Source: Chrysomallon squamiferum | Lineage: Eukaryota > Animalia > Mollusca | Assembly (NCBI GenBank): GCA_012295275.1 | Contig: CM022679.1 | Span: forward strand, 8,804,001-8,868,000 | Reading direction: 5' to 3' | Length of the DNA stretch: 64,000 nucleotides | Shown: positions 1 through 64,000 of the stretch, one piece after another | Numbering within the stretch: the stretch's first letter is position 1 | How the letters are laid out: each line of letters opens with the position of its first letter | Notes under the pieces: generated by a model | Databases searched by the model: none | Seen by the model: only the letters and a program-made list of their open reading frames with translations | Told to the model about the DNA's origin: nothing | Made by a program: the position numbers and the translations under genes

Positions 1-62382
<62,382 letters not shown>

Positions 62383-63579
62383 AGTCTTGATTTAGTATGA
62401 TCTTACTCTGAAATAAACATATGGCACTTCCTCGAAGATGGGCATCCGTGTGGAATCCAAGACGAAGTGAATGAAAACAATAACAAAAAAAACGACTCGG
62501 CCCAATCCAAGAAGACACTTGTCAAACGGCTGCCGCTTGCTTTAACGATTGAGAGCGCGCAGAGAAGAAATCTATGTCGAGAGAAAGACAGAGAAATGAA
62601 TTCATTTATATCCAGCAAGGCGTTAAAGAAATCATTTTATGTAAATCCATGTATGTAGAGTGCGGAAATACTGTCTATGAATACTCCATTCTCTCTCTGA
62701 ATAGCCGTTCGCTAGTAGAAAGGTAAAACGTTTGGCACAGGTACAAATCATTGGTGAGAAATAACTCTTCTATTTTTCTTCTTTTTTTTTTTTTTCTCTT
62801 TTTCTTTTTTCCTTATCCTATCCTTCAGAAACATACACCAATCCGCATGTTCGTTCAGCGCTATAAAATATTATTTCGATCCGATTCAAAGGCTCTGCTG
62901 CATCCAATGAGGGCGTCCTTTCTGCCACGCGATCATCGGCCGAATAGCATTCGATTAAACGAGCCGGTCTTTGCGGTGAACTGCGTTATTCGACACGCTC
63001 CCAAGTCCCTCTGCGCGCGCCATGCAAGACGACTATCAACATTGTTCTTCTGTCTGCGATTTCTGTGGTGCGTTAACGCATCTTCTGTTCACTGTGTGGT
63101 GAGTGTGGGGGGAAATACAGAGCCTTGTAGTCGAAGCGGTGAGCGAGCGAGTGAGTGAGCGATGTCTCACAGATCGATTTTTCTCGCTAGTTACTGGGGG
63201 AACCCAACAACACACACACACATATACATACACATCGTATTTTACTCTTCATTCCTTGAGTCATTAAAAACGCTTTTAATATTGCATGATAACGATTTTA
63301 AATACACTGATCGGTTAAAACCGTTAGATTATTTATTTTATTTTATTTTATTTTATTTTATTTTGTTTTTGTTTATTTGTTTAAATATACTTTGAAAATG
63401 TTCTGTTATATTGATAGTGATGATGGTGATGATGATAAATAAATAAATTAATATGTAAATAAATGATGAAAGAAATGTTTAACTTTTTATTCATATTTTC
63501 ATTTTAGGCATTTTATATATTTTTATTTATTTATTTTATTATTATTGTTTATTATTATTATTATTGTTATTATTTTATA

Positions 63580-63781
63580 CTGGGTTGAGGAATAAGCCAT
63601 TGCAGTTAAATTAAATTTAATCATTACATAGAAGAAAACTTAAGCTTAATTCATAACAAGATGTAATTTAATCAATAATGAATTCTCCATTGTTATTTAC
63701 CACATTTTCCCAATGATCAACAAGTTTTTTAATACCTCGACAATAAAAATTTAAATCACAATGACTTATTCCTCAACCCAA
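63580..63781. mobile_element. ~200-bp MITE-like non-autonomous element
   Basis: Terminal inverted repeats tgggttgaggaataagccattg (63581-63602) and caatgacttattcctcaaccca (63759-63780), 21/22 match; flanked by TA-rich sequence; no ORF. Confidence 0.65.
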
Positions 63782-64000
63782 TATAAAAAAAAAAAAAAAA
63801 ATAAAAAAAAATTTGAACAAACTAACAGAAAAAACAAGAAAACCAGACACAGAATTCTAGCTTTTATTTAGAAATTTGCATGTTTATTATGTCACAAAAT
63901 ATAAAACAACATATTTTCACATATTTCACAAAACCTAGTCTCTCATCAGTGGTGGATTTTAAGCCAAAAACACAGAACTTTCCCATCCCCATAACCTGTT

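Overview
Eukaryotic, very AT-rich, microsatellite-rich genomic DNA, most likely molluscan: the protein closely resembles Aplysia Slo1 as I recall it. Almost the whole window is one minus-strand, intron-rich gene for the large-conductance Ca2+- and voltage-activated K+ (BK) channel alpha subunit (Slo1/slowpoke/KCNMA1). I hand-assembled 23 core coding exons from the ATG at 62382 to the window edge at position 1. They total 3015 nt (1005 codons), all junctions are GT-AG and phase-consistent, and the gene continues off the left edge. They encode S0-S6, the TVGYGD pore, RCK1, the CKTCH heme motif, RCK2 and the Ca2+ bowl. The most interesting observations are: (1) a cluster of additional short, symmetric, stop-free candidate cassette exons in the RCK1-RCK2 linker, plus an 18-nt micro-exon; (2) three intronic minisatellites whose unit copies the neighbouring splice site, creating arrays of decoy donors or acceptors; (3) Ser (AGC) at the S6 position equivalent to mammalian Gly311; (4) two perfect D-boxes and an E-box in the CpG-rich start of intron 1; (5) a MITE-like element upstream of the gene and a perfect intronic hairpin. 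Most listed ORFs are translations of simple repeats. All candidate exons and regulatory sites are sequence-only predictions with no transcript evidence.
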